From: Pseudomonadota bacterium
GTDB taxonomy: Bacteria; Pseudomonadota; Alphaproteobacteria; Caulobacterales; Caulobacteraceae
DNA: 54,398 nucleotides
Direction: 5' to 3'
NCBI GenBank assembly: GCA_023434015.1
Contig: JAEYTM010000341.1
Span: 1 to 54,398 of the forward strand
The notes beneath the pieces were generated by a model. It saw only the letters and a program-made list of their open reading frames with translations. It ran no database searches and was not told where the DNA came from. The position numbers were made by a program, and so were the translations under genes. How positions within the stretch are numbered: position 1 is the first letter of the stretch; every line of letters starts with the position of its first letter. Positions 54,341 through 54,398 of the stretch are shown piece after piece.

Positions 54341-54398
54341 CTGGTGCGCGACTCCAAGCCGGAGTCGGAGGTGGCCGAGACGCGGGCCAAGGCGGGCG

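Overview
A very GC-rich, gene-dense core-chromosome segment of an alphaproteobacterium. Gene order, protein features and regulatory motifs point to Caulobacteraceae (Phenylobacterium/Caulobacter-like; inferred, not searched). Blocks in order: rlpA-tmk-holB-tatD-MBL hydrolase-purN-like; a small accessory insert (about 4.5-6.3 kb); a secreted hypothetical protein and mazG; minus-strand dusB-ntrB-ntrC-ntrY-ntrX-dat-hfq-hflX; ispDF; a membrane/spermidine-synthase-like fusion; cinA(pncC), ratA, lipA, an Aas-like acyl ligase, doxX; minus-strand tpiA-hyp-secG-pyrG-rpmF-eno-ftsB-pdhA-pdhB-GFA-pdhC-lpdA; ppiD-trpE-SIMPL-trpG-trpD-trpC-lexA; comEC; gltX-gltA; and minus-strand skp-lpxD-fabZ-lpxA-lpxI-lpxB. 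I saw no rRNA, tRNA, CRISPR array, transposase or integrase. The best candidate for something undescribed is the two-gene secreted module at 4589-6044: a ricin-B lectin ending in tandem (V/A)(I/V)xAGG(G/L)N octapeptide repeats, plus a secreted two-domain all-beta protein, behind an AT-rich region with clustered GANTC sites. Also notable: GAFTGA-less NtrC and NtrX; near-consensus CtrA boxes at rlpA, ftsB and lexA; an apparent comEC/gltX head-to-head overlap; and a probable chimeric junction in the last ~60 bp. All product calls come from motif recognition, not database searches.
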